A stretch of 64,000 bases of DNA from the NCBI RefSeq assembly GCF_009914755.1, contig NC_060928.1; one strand, given 5' to 3'. Shown one piece after another: positions 50,414 to 64,000 of the stretch (position 1 is its first letter; each line of letters opens with the position of its first letter). The stretch is from the human T2T-CHM13v2.0 reference genome, Homo sapiens. Both the position numbers and the translations under genes were made by a program. The notes beneath the pieces were generated by a model that saw only the letters and a program-made list of their open reading frames with translations, had not been told where the DNA came from and searched no databases.

Positions 50414-53304
50414 ACGCATGAATCTCTAAAGAAGACATGTGGAGAAACATTCCTCACCAGCTGGGAGAGCAGCTGAGCTGCTCCTGTGGCCATGACAGAA
50501 TACGCCTCTGTTATACTGCAGCCCGCTGCTCAGTGTATTTGATTAGCTCCTTTGCCTCCCTCCTAGACTGTAACTCTTTCAAAACAGAGAGTTTGCCTTA
50601 TTTTTCCCACGGCAACACAGTATCTCATCAACGTTGTTTAATGAAAGAATAAATCAGCAGTCTCAGTCTTAAACATAAACATCCCCTAAATGTTGTCACC
50701 ATGGTTTTGTCAGGGCCCATTTTCTTGGCTGACCTTCAGTTTCTGTTGGCTTTCTCATCCCCATTTCCATGTTGTGGCTGATTTTCCTGTGCTTTATAAA
50801 ATAGGCGATGCAGGAAAATGGGCCTTTTAAACTGCTTAGCACAGTTCTTCCCCTGGCTGCTCTGGTGTATTAGCAGTTATAGGTTATTAGCAGTTTCATC
50901 CTTCTCCTGCATTCATTTTTTATGACTTATTTTTATGTTTATATGTCACACAAAAGGACGAAAGAAGGGCCAAGCTCACTTTTATCATGTGTACTCGCCA
51001 AAGCAAGTTTCTCCCATTTTAGAAATAAGATCTTTGATTGTTAATCTAAGAATCTTTTTCTTTTTTTCTTAAGCATAATTACACAAAATTCATTTTATTG
51101 AAAACCCCACAAATTTCAAAATTGTGAAAACAACACCCACCAAAATTCAAAGCTGAATCAAACTAAAAGATAATACAACCACACATAGACACATACACAT
51201 TGAATGAAGTTGGCATTAATTTTACACTTTGATACATTGGGAATTTTCATAGCTGTTACGTTTTTGAGCTTAAAAAGATAAAAATTCTTGTCTCTGAATC
51301 AATAACACCAGGAAATAAAATATAAAGCAAAGTAGCAAATTATGTTAAAAATGAAAGGGTTGTGAATCCAGACATTAAATATGGCCAAGTGTGAGCTATT
51401 TTATTTCCTTGAGTGTTGCAAGTGCATGAAGCATCTCTGATTTCTCAAGATTCAATATGAAAAGTCAGTCAAGTAGCTGGAGTTCTATTTCTTTGATGGG
51501 AAATTAGGCAAGGCTGAAGAGCACAGCAGAGCAGCTTTTGCATATCTTTGAGGTAACTATGGAAAGGGCATGTCTCTCATTAGTATTGGTTACGAACAAC
51601 TCAACAAGCCTGGAATATGACAGATGGGGTCTCGGAGCTGACTTAATACTCTAGCATGACAGCAACTCAACTGTGAAAACACAAAGGAAGTTCAGAGGAA
51701 CAGACTTACCCTTTCTGCAGCCTGGAAGCACTGTTGGTTTTGCTTGGCTTTGTATTATGTCAGAGTGTCATTCGCCCTTACCTGAGTAGCCTTGTCTCCT
51801 TGCACTTAATGCACTGCTGTATTTAGCATTTCTACACTGTCTCAGCTGACTTCCCAGTCTCTTTTTTGACTTGTCTAGGGCATGATTCAAAATCTTCCAT
51901 CAAAGACAGCTCCAGCCAAGTTCATTTTTATGATCCTGTTTTGTGAAGCACACTTGATTTTTTTCACAGTTCAACAGATTTAAAACATGATAAAGAGTTT
52001 GGAGGGCAGTGATAATCTATGGACTTGTGCAGATCTGTCAAGGTGTCGAGAGGAAGCAATTGCTTCTTTGGTGAGAATGATACATTGCCTGTACCCTAAA
52101 GTCTATGAACAGCATTCTAATGGCAACTTGACATTTATCAAAAGATTTCAGCTTTGTACCTGGCTTTATTTGTGCTCAGCCATCTTGAAAGTTAGGCATT
52201 TGCAGCAGAATTCAATAGCAGCACTTCTAGTGAATGCGATATTAACTATTTAATCTGGCAAACTCATAGCTCCTGGATGTATGACACAACAGACAACTCT
52301 TTGTATAGGACTAATAGCTGTTAGTCCTTTTCAATGCAAAACACACAATACTCAGAATTCTTGCAGGAACACACATGAGAAGCCAAGAGGTTATAATTTT
52401 AGAATTACCAGCTGTGTCTACACTATGTCAAAATGTCCACATAAAAAGGAAAAAATATCTGTTGTCAGTTCATAGAATCAGATGCTTCTTCATGTTGGAT
52501 ATATCTAAAAATACATATATTTTCATTTTCTGGTTCTGGGAAAGAATTTCCAAAGAAAAGTTAGACAGTTATGCTTTGCTGCTGGCATCAGTTTATTCCT
52601 GCATGCCTATAAAATATAAAAATTTACTTTAGGGAGAGGTTAGAGGGTTATCTAGGCAATGGGCTAGGTATTAAGGAATACAAGATAGATGAGGTAAGAG
52701 CACAGTCTGGGAGGAACTCAAGTTTCAGATTCCGATGAGGCAGACAGTCACACTAGAAAACACATGTAAAATATGTGTGATTGAGGAAGCAGAGGAAGAT
52801 TTCCCAGAAGAGGTGACATCTGATATGCAACTTTAAAGGTCCATAAGCACTTGTCAGGCAGACAAAGGTCCTGAAATGTAAGAGCATGTAGCCAAAGTGC
52901 CCAGGCCTCTTGGGACTGGATAATAAAAGCCACCTCTTGATGGTGGAAATAGCTTACAACTTTTATATTACTTTTTCTTTGGTTACCTTTAATGGTTATA
53001 AGATAAATAATACACACAGAAAACTTGTTACTAATCAGGAAACCTATTAAGAACATTTTTGTAAGAGAAAATAGTAAGATTATTTGTTATGAAAGCAAGT
53101 AGATATGGATGAGAGCTGTAAAGGGGTTCCAGGCAATGGAGAACTGGTACACATCTTATTGCAGGACTAGTGTGTATGTGTGTGTTTATGTGTGTGTGTG
53201 TGTGTGCATGTGTGTGAGAGAGAGAGAGATTTGGAGAGACCTCTAAGTGGCAATGTGAAGGACAAATTTGGACTTGGGAAGGGATTGAAAGTTGGGAAGC
53301 AGAG

Positions 53305-54019
<715 letters not shown>

Positions 54020-54860
54020 CAGAGATACCCATCAGGAATCTCAAATAGTGTAGATAAAGAGGCTAAGTATATGAACAACAGCGCTGCCAAAGGAAAGAAA
54101 GAATAAAAAATTAAGTTGAGGTGTTTCACTGGTGGAATTCACCAAATATTTATTCATTCATTGACCAAACATTTAATCACTCATTTGCTATTTATTAAAC
54201 ACACTGTATTTTTAAAAAACACTTTATTGAGGTACAATTGACATAGAAAAACTATACATATTTAATGTACACAACTTGATAAATTTGATGATGGGTATTC
54301 ACCTGTGAAACCATCACCGCAATCCATGCTATAAACATATCCATCACCTTCAAAAGTTCCCTTCTGCTTTCTTTCTTTATTACTACTTTTTTGTGTGATA
54401 AGAACACAAGATCTATCCTTGCATCAAATTTCAAACATACAATATACTATTGTTAACTACTGCTGTACGATAGATCTCTTTGACTGATTCATCGTGCACA
54501 AACAAAACATCGAACCTTGTACTAATATCTCCCATTTTCCTCTCCCCTCAGACCTTGGCAACCACCGTTCTACTCTCTACGTCTGTGAATTGGACTATTT
54601 CAGATTCCTCATGTAAGTAGGCTTATGCATATTTTTCCTTGTCTGGTTTATTTCAATCAATATAATGTCCTTAAGGTTCACTCTTGTTGTCATAGATGCC
54701 AGAATTTTCTCATTTTAAAAGTCAGAGTAGTATTTTATTGTGCATATACACCACATTTCTTAATCTAGTTATCCATTCATGGACATTTAGGTGGCTTCCA
54801 TGTTGTAACTATTGTGAATAATGCTGCAATAAATGTGGGAGTGCCTCTGCAAGATAGTGA

Positions 54861-55233
<373 letters not shown>

Positions 55234-57801
55234 TTTTGAGGCATCTTTAGACTATTTTCTGTAATAGGTGTGCCAATTTATATCCCTACCAACAATGTAC
55301 AAGAGTTCCCTTTTCACCACATTCTTCTCAACACTCATCTTTTGTCTTTTTGCTAATAGCCATTTTAACACGGTAAGGTAATATCTCATTGTTTTAATTT
55401 GTATTTCCCTGAAGATTATTACTATTGAGCATAGTTTTTTCAGATATCCGTTGGGACATTTTAATTTCTTCTTTGCAGAAATGTCAATTTGAGTCTTTTG
55501 TTCATTTTAAAATTTATTTTGTTTTATTTTATTGCTATTCCTTACATATATTGGATATTAACCCCTTATCGGATGCATGGCTTGAAAACCTTTGCTCCCA
55601 TTCTATAGGTTCCTTTTTCATTTTGTTGATTGTTTCCTTTGTTGTACAAAAGCTTTTTAGTTTGACATAGTCTCACTTGTCTATTTTTGCTTTTGTTGCC
55701 TATGCTTTTGGTGTCATATACAAGAAATCATTGCCAAAGCCAATGTCAATAAGACGTTTTCTCTGTTTTCTTCTAGAAGTTTTACAGTTTCAGGTCTTAC
55801 ATTTAGTTAAGTCTTTAACCCATTTTGAGTTTTTTTTTTTGTGTATGGTGAAAGATAGGGGTCCAATTTAATTCTTTTGCATATGGAGGTCCAATTTTCC
55901 TAGCACCATTTATTGACAAGGCTGTCCTTTCCCTATTGTGAAGTCTTGGAACACTGTCAAGGATCAGTTGACTGTATATGTGTAAATTTATTTCTGGGCT
56001 CTTTATTCTGTTTCATTGTTTGAAGTGTCTGTTTTTATGTCAGAACTATACTGTTTTGATTACTGTAGTTTTGTAATTAGGAAGTGCGATGCCTCCAGCT
56101 TTGTTCTTGCCCAAAATTGTTTTGGCTATTTGGGGTCTTTGTGATTCCACATGAATTTTAGAATTTCTTTTTCTACTTCTGTAAACATGCCATTGGAATT
56201 TTGATAGGGATTATATTGAATCTGTAGATCACTTTAAGCACTGTGGTCATTTTAACAATATTAATTCTTTTAATCTATGAACATGGAATGTCTTTTCATC
56301 TATTTGTATCTGTTCCAAATTTCTTTCATCAGTGTTTTGGATGCATAAGTGTTTCACGTTCTTGGTTAAGTTTATTTTTTGATGCTATTATAAATGGGAT
56401 TTTTAAATTTAATTTCCCTTTAAGGATAATTCATTGTTACTGTATAGAAATACAACAGATTTTTGTGTGTTGATTTTGTATCCTGCAACTATGTAATTTA
56501 TTAGTTCTACTTTTTTTTTTTTGTGGAGACTTCAGGGTTTCTTACATATAAGATTATGTCATTGGCAAACAGTTTTACTGTTTTGTTTTACTTCTTCCTT
56601 TTAAATTTTGTTGTCTTTTATTTCTTTTTGTTGCCTAATTGCTCAAAGACTTCCAGTGCTATATTGAATAGAAGTGGTGAGAGCACAACCTAAGCTCATT
56701 TCAGATGTTAAACGAAAAGCTTTCAGTTTTTCACCATTGTGTTGTTAGCGAAAGACTTTTCATATTTTGCTTTTATTTTGTTGAGACAAGCTTCTTCTAT
56801 ACCTAATTTGTTGAGAGTTTTTACAATAAAATTGTGTTAAGCTTTGTAAAATGCTTTTTCTGCATGTAGTCAGATGCTCATGTGTCTTCTATCTTTCATT
56901 CTGTTAATGTGTATTATCTTGACTGATTTGTGTATGTTGAATCATCTTTGCATCCCTGGAGTAAATCACATTTAATCACAGTGAATGACCCTTTTAGCGT
57001 GCTGTTGAATACACTTTGCCAGTATTTTGCTAAGGATTTTGGGATGTATATTAATCAAGGACATTGACCTATAGTTTTCTGTTTTGTCTTTATCTGATTT
57101 TGGTGTTAGTGTGATGCTGGCCTCATAAAATGAATTTAAAAGTGCTATTCTTTTTAATATATTTTTTAAAAATCTAAAAAGCATTGGTATTAGTTCTTTA
57201 AATGTGTGGTCAGATTCACCTGTGAAGTAATCCGGCCCCGGGCTTTTCTTTTTTGGGAGAATTTTACTTGTTTACTCTCCTTATTTGTTACTGATCTTTT
57301 CAGTCTTTCTATTTCTTCTTGATTTATTATTGATAGGTCATATGTTTCTAGGAATTTACACATTGTTTCCAGGTTGTACAATTTGTTGGTGTATATTAGT
57401 CCCTTATGATCCTTTTTATTTCTGTGGCATAAATTGTAATGTCTTCTTTGTTATTTCTGATTTTATTTATTTGAGTCTTCTCCTTTCTTTCTTTGTCTAG
57501 CTAGATGTTTGTTGATTTTTAAAAATCTTTTTAAAAAACCTGTTAGTTTTACCAATCTTTCTTATTATTTTTCTATTCTCTATTTCACTGGTTTCTGCAC
57601 TAATCATAATTATTTCCTTCTGTCTGATAATTTTTGCTTAGTTTTTTCTTATTTTTTATTTCCTTGAGGTATAAAAGTAGATTGTTTATTTGAGATTTTT
57701 CCTGTCTTAAAATGTAGATATTTAGCACTATAAACTTCCCTGTTAGTATTGCTTTTGCTGCATCTCATAAGTTTTGGTATTCTGTGTTTTCATTTGAGTT
57801 T

Positions 57802-59200
57802 TAATATGGTTTGGATTTGTGTCCCCACCCAAATCTCATGTTGAGTTGTAATCCCCAGTTTTGGAGGAGGGGCTTGGTGGGAGGTGGTTGGATCATGGGG
57901 GTGGATTTCCCCCTTGCTGTTCTCATGACAGTGAGTGAGTTCTTACAACATCTCATTGTTTAAAAGTGTGTAGCACCTCCCCCTTTGCTGTTCTTCCTTC
58001 TCCAGCCATGTAAGACATGCCTGCTTCCCCTTTGCCTTCTGCCATGATTGTAAGTTTCCTGAGGCCACCCCAGCCATGCTTCCTGTACAGCCTGTGGAAC
58101 TGTGAGTCAATTAAACCTGTTTTCTTTATACATTACCCAGTCTAAGGTAGTTCTTTATAGCAATGTGAGAAGAGACTAATACAGAAAATTCGTACATAGA
58201 AGTGGGGCATTGCCATAAACATATTTCAAAATGTGGAAGCAACTTTGGAACTGAGTAATGGGCAAAGGTTGGAACAGTTTGGAGGGCTCAGAAGGCAGGA
58301 ATATGAGGGAATGTTTGGAACTTCCTAGAGATTTGTTAAATTGTGGTGACCAAAATGCTGACAATGATATGGACAATGAAGTCCAGGTTGAGGTGGTCCC
58401 AGTAAAAGTTTGGAAAATTTGCAACCCAGCCATGTGGTAGAAAAGAAAAACCCATTTTCTGGGGATGAATTCAAGCCAGCTGCATAAATTGTGTAAGTAG
58501 AGGAGAGCAATGGTAATAACCAAGACAGTGGGGAAAATGTCTTGAAGGCATTTGAGAGATCTTCTCAGCAGCTCCTCCCATCACGGGCCCAGAGAGCTAG
58601 GAGGCAAGAATGGTTTCATGGGCTGGGCCCATGGCCCCACTACCCTGCACAACTTTGGGACAATGCTCCCAGCATCCCTGCCACTCCTGCTCTAGCCATG
58701 GCTAAAAGGAACCCAGATATGTCTCAGTCTACTGTTCCAGAATGTGTGCCAGCCATAAGCCTTGGTGGCATCCATGTGGTGTTAAGTTTGTGGGTGCACA
58801 GGCAGCAAGAGTTGAGGCTTTGGAGACTCCACCAAGGTTTCAGAGGATTTGTGGAAATGCCTGGATGTCCAGGCAGAATCCTGCTGTAGGGTCAGAGCCC
58901 TTATGGAGAACCTCTACTAACACAGTGCAGAGGGGAAATGTAAGGTTAGAGCCCCAACACAGAGTCCCCACTTGGGCACTGCCTAGTGGAGCTGTGAGAA
59001 GAGGGCCACCCTCCTTCAGACCTCAGACTGGTAGACCCACTGACAACTTGCACTGTGTACCTGGAAAAGCCACAGGCACTCAACACCAGCCTGTTAAAGC
59101 AGCTGCAGGAGTTGTGCCCTGCAGAGCCACAAACTCTTTAGGCAGAGCTACCTAAAGCCTTGGGATCCCACCCCTTACATCAGTGTTGCCTGGATGTGGA
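57802..59200 (+). mobile_element. MSTA-like MaLR: LTR (57802-58183) plus internally deleted, 3'-truncated internal sequence
   Basis: taatatggtttggatttgtgtccccacccaaatctcatg…gactaataca; MaLR-int blocks; L1 resumes at ~59201 with no 3' LTR. Confidence 0.85.
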
Positions 59201-61997
59201 ATGACTTTCATATTCTCAAATTTGTTAAGATTTTTTTGTGACCTAGCATGTGGTTTTTCCTAGAGAATATTGCATGTGTGCATGAGAAGAATGTGTATTC
59301 TACTTCTGATGGGGAAATGTATGTGTCTATTAGGTCCACTTGGTCTATGGTTTTAAGTCTGCTGTATGGTGTTATTTAAGTTTGCTGTTTCCTTATACAT
59401 TTTCTGTCTGACCTATTATTTTAATCTATTATTGAAAGTGAAGTATTGAGGTCCCCTACTACTATTGTCTTTTCTATGTATCCCTTTGGATCTGTCAGTG
59501 CTTGCTTTATATATTTAGATGCTCTGATGTTGGGGGCATATATATTTATATTTGTTATCTTCTTGTTGAATTGACCATTTTAAATTTCTATAAAGACATT
59601 CTTGATCTTTTGTGGTAGTTTTTGACTTAAATTCTATTTTGGCTGCTATAAGTATAGCTATTCCTGGTTTATTTTGGTGATCACTTGCATGAAATACCTT
59701 TTTCCACCCTTTAGTTTCAGCCTATGTGTGTCCTTAATTCTAAAGTGGGTCGTTTATAGACAGTATGTAGTAGAATCTTGGTGTTTTTGATCAATTCAGC
59801 TACTGCATATGTTTGGATTGGGTAGTTTAATCCATTTATGTTTAAGGTAATTATTGATAGTAAGAACTTACTATTGCCATTTTGTTAATTGCTTTTTGTC
59901 TGTTTTGCAGTTGTTCCTATTTTCATTTTTCTCATTTTCCTCTATAATTTTAATTTTTTTGTAGTTTTATGCTTTTATTCCTTTTACTTTTTCTCTTGTG
60001 TACCTACTATAGGTATTTTATGTGTGGTATTATAAGGTTTACATTCAACATCTTGTAGTTATAATACTGTATTTTAAGTTGATAGTAACTTTACATAAAT
60101 CACACACAAATATTCTATACTTTTACTTCTTTCCTCACTCCACATACTTTATATTAATGATGCCACAATCTACATCTTTTAATATTGTGTATCCACTAAC
60201 ATTTTAAATTTATTCTTACTGCTTTTTTCTTTTAACTTTTATTCTAGAATTAAATGTGATTTACAAACCACATTACAGTACTACAGTATTTTGAATTCGA
60301 CTATATATTTACTTTTACTGGTGAGATTTATGTTTTCATATGCTTTCATTTTGCTGTTTAACATCCTGTTGTTTCAACTTAAATATGTTCCTTTAGCATT
60401 TCTTGTAGGGCAAGTTTAGTGGTGACAAACTCCTTCAGTTTTTGCTCTCTGGGAAAGTCTCTATCTCTCTATCATTTTTTAAAAACAATTTGGCTGGTAT
60501 AGCATTCTTGGTTGGCAATTTTTGTTCTTTTAAGCACCTTGAATATATGATCACACTCTCCTGCCCTGCAAAGTTTCTGCTAAGAAATCTGCCAATAGCC
60601 TTATGGAAGTTCACTTGTATGTATTGAGTTGTTTTTTTCTTACCACTTTAAAAATTCCCTCTTTGTCTTTGACTTTTGATAATTTAATTATAATATGTTT
60701 TAGTGTAGAGTCCTTCGTGTTCAATGTATTTGGAGTTCTTTGGGCTTCATGTATCAAGATGTTCATTTCCTTCCTTAGATAAGGGTGTTTTAGTCATTAT
60801 TTTTTAAAATGAGCCTTATGCTCCTTTCTCTTTTTCTCCTTGTAGCACTTCCATAATGCAAATATTGATTCACTTTAAGATGTACTGTAAGTCCTGAAGG
60901 TTTTCTTCCTTCGTTTTTGTTAGTTTTATTCTTTCCATTCTTCTGACTAGATCATTTCAAATGACTTGTTTTTGAGTTCACTGATTTTTTTCTTCTGTTT
61001 GATCAAGTCTGCTATTGAAACTTTATTGAGATGTTTAGTTCAGTCATTGTATTCTTAATATGTTTTTTCTTTGTTGAATATCTTCTTTTATGTATTGTGT
61101 TTATGTTTTCTTTTAGTTGTCTACTTCTGTTCTCTTGTTTGCTGAACTTTTAAAAGATAATTACTTGAATTTTTTTTCCATGAATTTGTAGCTCTCCACT
61201 TATTTAGGGTCTATTACTGAAGCTTCATTTTGTTCCTTTGATGGTGTCCAGTTTCCCTGAGTCTTCATGATCTTTGTCACTTTGTGCATTTGAAGAGACC
61301 TTCACCTCCTGCAGTTATTATAGCCTATATTTGGCAGGAAAAATACCTTATCAGTCACCTTGGCCAGAGATTCTGAGTCAGTTGGAGGGTCTGCAAGCAA
61401 TAGGCTTGGTGCCAGGGACTGTGGACAAGTGGACTTGCTGTTGGGGCCTCAGGATTGATGTCTCAACATGTGCTGGGTGTGGAAAACTACCCCCACTCTT
61501 ATTAGATCCTCCCAATAATCTAGATGTAAAAATTCCCTCAATATATTCTGAATGAGGCATTGCAGAAACAGACCTTTTAGATAGTGTCCCCAAATGCTGA
61601 AGATGTCCAACATTCACTTTGCTCTCTGTTTCCTTCACAGGAGAACTTGTGGGCTGAGGGGATCTTTCTTAGTACTACGCTGTGCTAACATGAGGGAGGG
61701 GTGATACAGACAAAGTAAAACCATTCTCTTGCTTTTTTAAATGCTTCTTTTCTCATTTCTGTGGTCCATCAAGGTGCTCTAATCTTTCACTTGGATTCCA
61801 AAGATCTCATAAAGATATTTTCATCCACAAATGTGCGGATAGTCATTAAATTAGTGTTTCTTTTGGAGGATAGAGCTGAGTCCTTTTATTCTGCCATCTT
61901 TCTGATATCACTTCAAACTCAGTCTGTTTTTAAAGCATTGCTCTTTGATGTATAGAAAGATAATTGCTTTTGAGGGGCTTATAGTCTAGTAGAAAAA

Positions 61998-62732
61998 TTA
62001 TGTGTGTGTTTACACACACACACACACAGACACACACACACACACAGAAAGAGATTGAAGAGGGGAGATTTTTAAGGAGGTAACTAATGCAGTTGTGAGG
62101 CCTGGCCAATCTGAAAACCGCAGGGTAGGCCAGATTCTGGGGACACAGGATAGAGGTGATGTTGAAATCTTGAGTTTGAAGGTAATCTGGAAGCAGAATT
62201 TCTTTTCCCTCAGGAGACCTTGTTCTTTTCTTTCTTTCTTTCTTTTTTGAGACAGAGTCTTGCTCTGTTGCCTAGGCTGGAGTGCAGTGGCATGATCTTG
62301 GCTCACTGCAACCTCCACCTCCTGGGTTCCAGCAATTCTCCTGCCTCAGCCTCCTGAGTAGCTAGGATTACAGACCTGTGCCACCCCACCTGCCCCTGGC
62401 TAATTTTTGTATTTTTAGTAGAGACAGGGTTTCACCATACTGGCCAGGCTGGTCTTGAACTCCTGACCTCAAGTGATCCACCTGCCTCCACCTACCAAAG
62501 TGCTAGGATTACAGGTGTGAGCCACTGCACCCGGCTGGTCTTTTCTTTTAAGACCTTCAACTGACTGGGTGAGACCCACTCTCATTACAGTGAGTAATCT
62601 GCTTTACTCAAAGTCTACTGATTTAGATATGAATTTCATCTAAGAATACCTTTATGGCAACATATAGACTGGTATTCAACCAAAAACTGGGTACCATGGC
62701 TTAGCCAAGTTGACATAAAATTAACCATTATA
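61998..62732 (-). mobile_element. MLT2 (ERVL) solo LTR with a (CA)n tract and an Alu insertion
   Basis: aatctgctttactcaaagtctactgattt…gccaagttgacataaaattaaccattata; the left boundary is approximate. Confidence 0.75.
62222..62537 (-). mobile_element. AluS (Sx/Sz-like)
   Basis: Full antisense Alu. Confidence 0.92.
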
Positions 62733-63891
62733 CAAATAAATGAGAGACAGTATTTTGAGTGTGTGTGAAAAATTGTATTTGAGCTGAGCTTTGAAGAAAG
62801 AGTTGAAGAAGAAAGAAATGGAAGGCACAGCATGAAAATAAAGATGAAAATGAGAAAAAATCAGCGTATGTATAGAAAACTATAGAGTTCCCTTTTATTG
62901 GCATAGAATAAATGAGGAAGGGAGTGATGAAAATTAAACTTGAAAAGGGAGTCATGATATTCCATGATGACTGGGATAAGTAGTTTTACTTCATTCTAAA
63001 GACAATGGGAATCCAATGAAGTTTTTGCTCAGAGAATTGATATGCTTTGAACTACTGTTGAGTATAAGCTGGTAGCAAATCCAAATCAAGGCCATCATGG
63101 AGTTGTCTGGCCTCTTTGGGGCAGCTGTTCTCCCTTCTTATTGTTACTTTTAAAATGATGGTAGAGGATAGGATTTTACAGAGTCCTTTAGATATAATGT
63201 ACAATATCTTGTAGATAGGTAGGGACATGTGGAAACAGGATTTTTTCCAAGCTAGAATGGAAATTGTACTTTTAATGTATGTATAAATATTCTGATCCAA
63301 GGATATTTAGTTATTGGTAAGTATAGATACTTTTGCAAAAATCTGGCTTCCAAGGCCAGACTGATAACTTATCAGGAATGTTGTATAGCATGAACTACAG
63401 AGATTCTGCAAACCTATTAATATATTCATAACACTTGTATGACCTTTGTTTTATTGTCATGCTGATATTCTACAAAATCATATATGATATGATAGCCAAA
63501 ATAGGCAGTCATGCTGAAAAGTTTGTTCTTCATGAGAAAAATTCACGTTTTAAAAGTAATAGAAATTTAATTCTGAGCCAGCATAACAACTCTTTCTATA
63601 TGTGTAAATGTATTATAAAACTAGAAAAAACAAAGCAAAGAAAAAAAATTTGTAGTTCCTATCCCTTAAAGCCAGAATGGATACAGAAAAGTGGAATTTT
63701 TTGTTTAATTGGTTTCTTTTTACCTACTCCTTTGCTATTTCATAATTCCACTTTATTTTTTATTGACATCTTAGCTCCTCTTTCCATGTGCCCTGCAGCT
63801 AGCAATTTTTAGAAACATTTCCGACAACTCTGGGTCTATTTCTTTTCTTTTTGCCTTTAAATAACTGTTAGGTCTTATTCTCTTTCCACTT

Positions 63892-63999
63892 TTACCCTCT
63901 GCAGGTGACTCTTGACTTTAATTTCTTCTTCTGATCAAAACTTCTTTGTCTGGATGCCTCCGCATTAGTCACGTTTAACCTTGATGTTCCCTGAGTGGA
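63892..63999 (-). other. Possible last coding exon of a gene entering from the right edge (unverified)
   Basis: Open frame STQGTSRLNVTNAEASRQRSFDQKKKLKSRVTCRG* in non-repeat DNA, with two minus-strand AATAAA at 63752-63764. The product is not recognised. Confidence 0.25.
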
Positions 64000-64000
64000 A

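Overview
Hominoid (human-like) nuclear DNA, not prokaryotic: the SVA, AluY, L1PA3-like and HERV-H elements show this. Most of the window is transposable element sequence and it contains no confidently identifiable host gene. 0-10.5 kb is a plus-strand stack: a MER4-group ERV1 carries an LTR8 solo LTR, which is split by a complete two-LTR HERV-H provirus (620-6350, TSD CTGAG), and a 3'-truncated THE1 follows. 10.5-21.9 kb is a minus-strand stack: a class III-like ERV with an env remnant, then an L1PB-type 5' region, a HERV-K14/HML-1 provirus with LTR14B, and an LTR12 solo LTR inside its integrase. The two stacks meet at one junction (~10537) that accounts for the missing 3' parts of four elements. 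That junction leaves an open frame encoding only the HML-1 Env signal peptide (Rec/Rem-like region), with intact splice sites. The rest of the window holds old and young L1s (all minus strand), Alus, a full-length SVA, MaLR/MER4/MLT LTRs, fragmented L3/CR1, MIR and L2. It also has two small CpG-retaining unique patches and a possible exon at the right edge. No novel multi-gene system is supported. Repeat subfamily names are from memory of consensus sequences and need Dfam/RepeatMasker confirmation.
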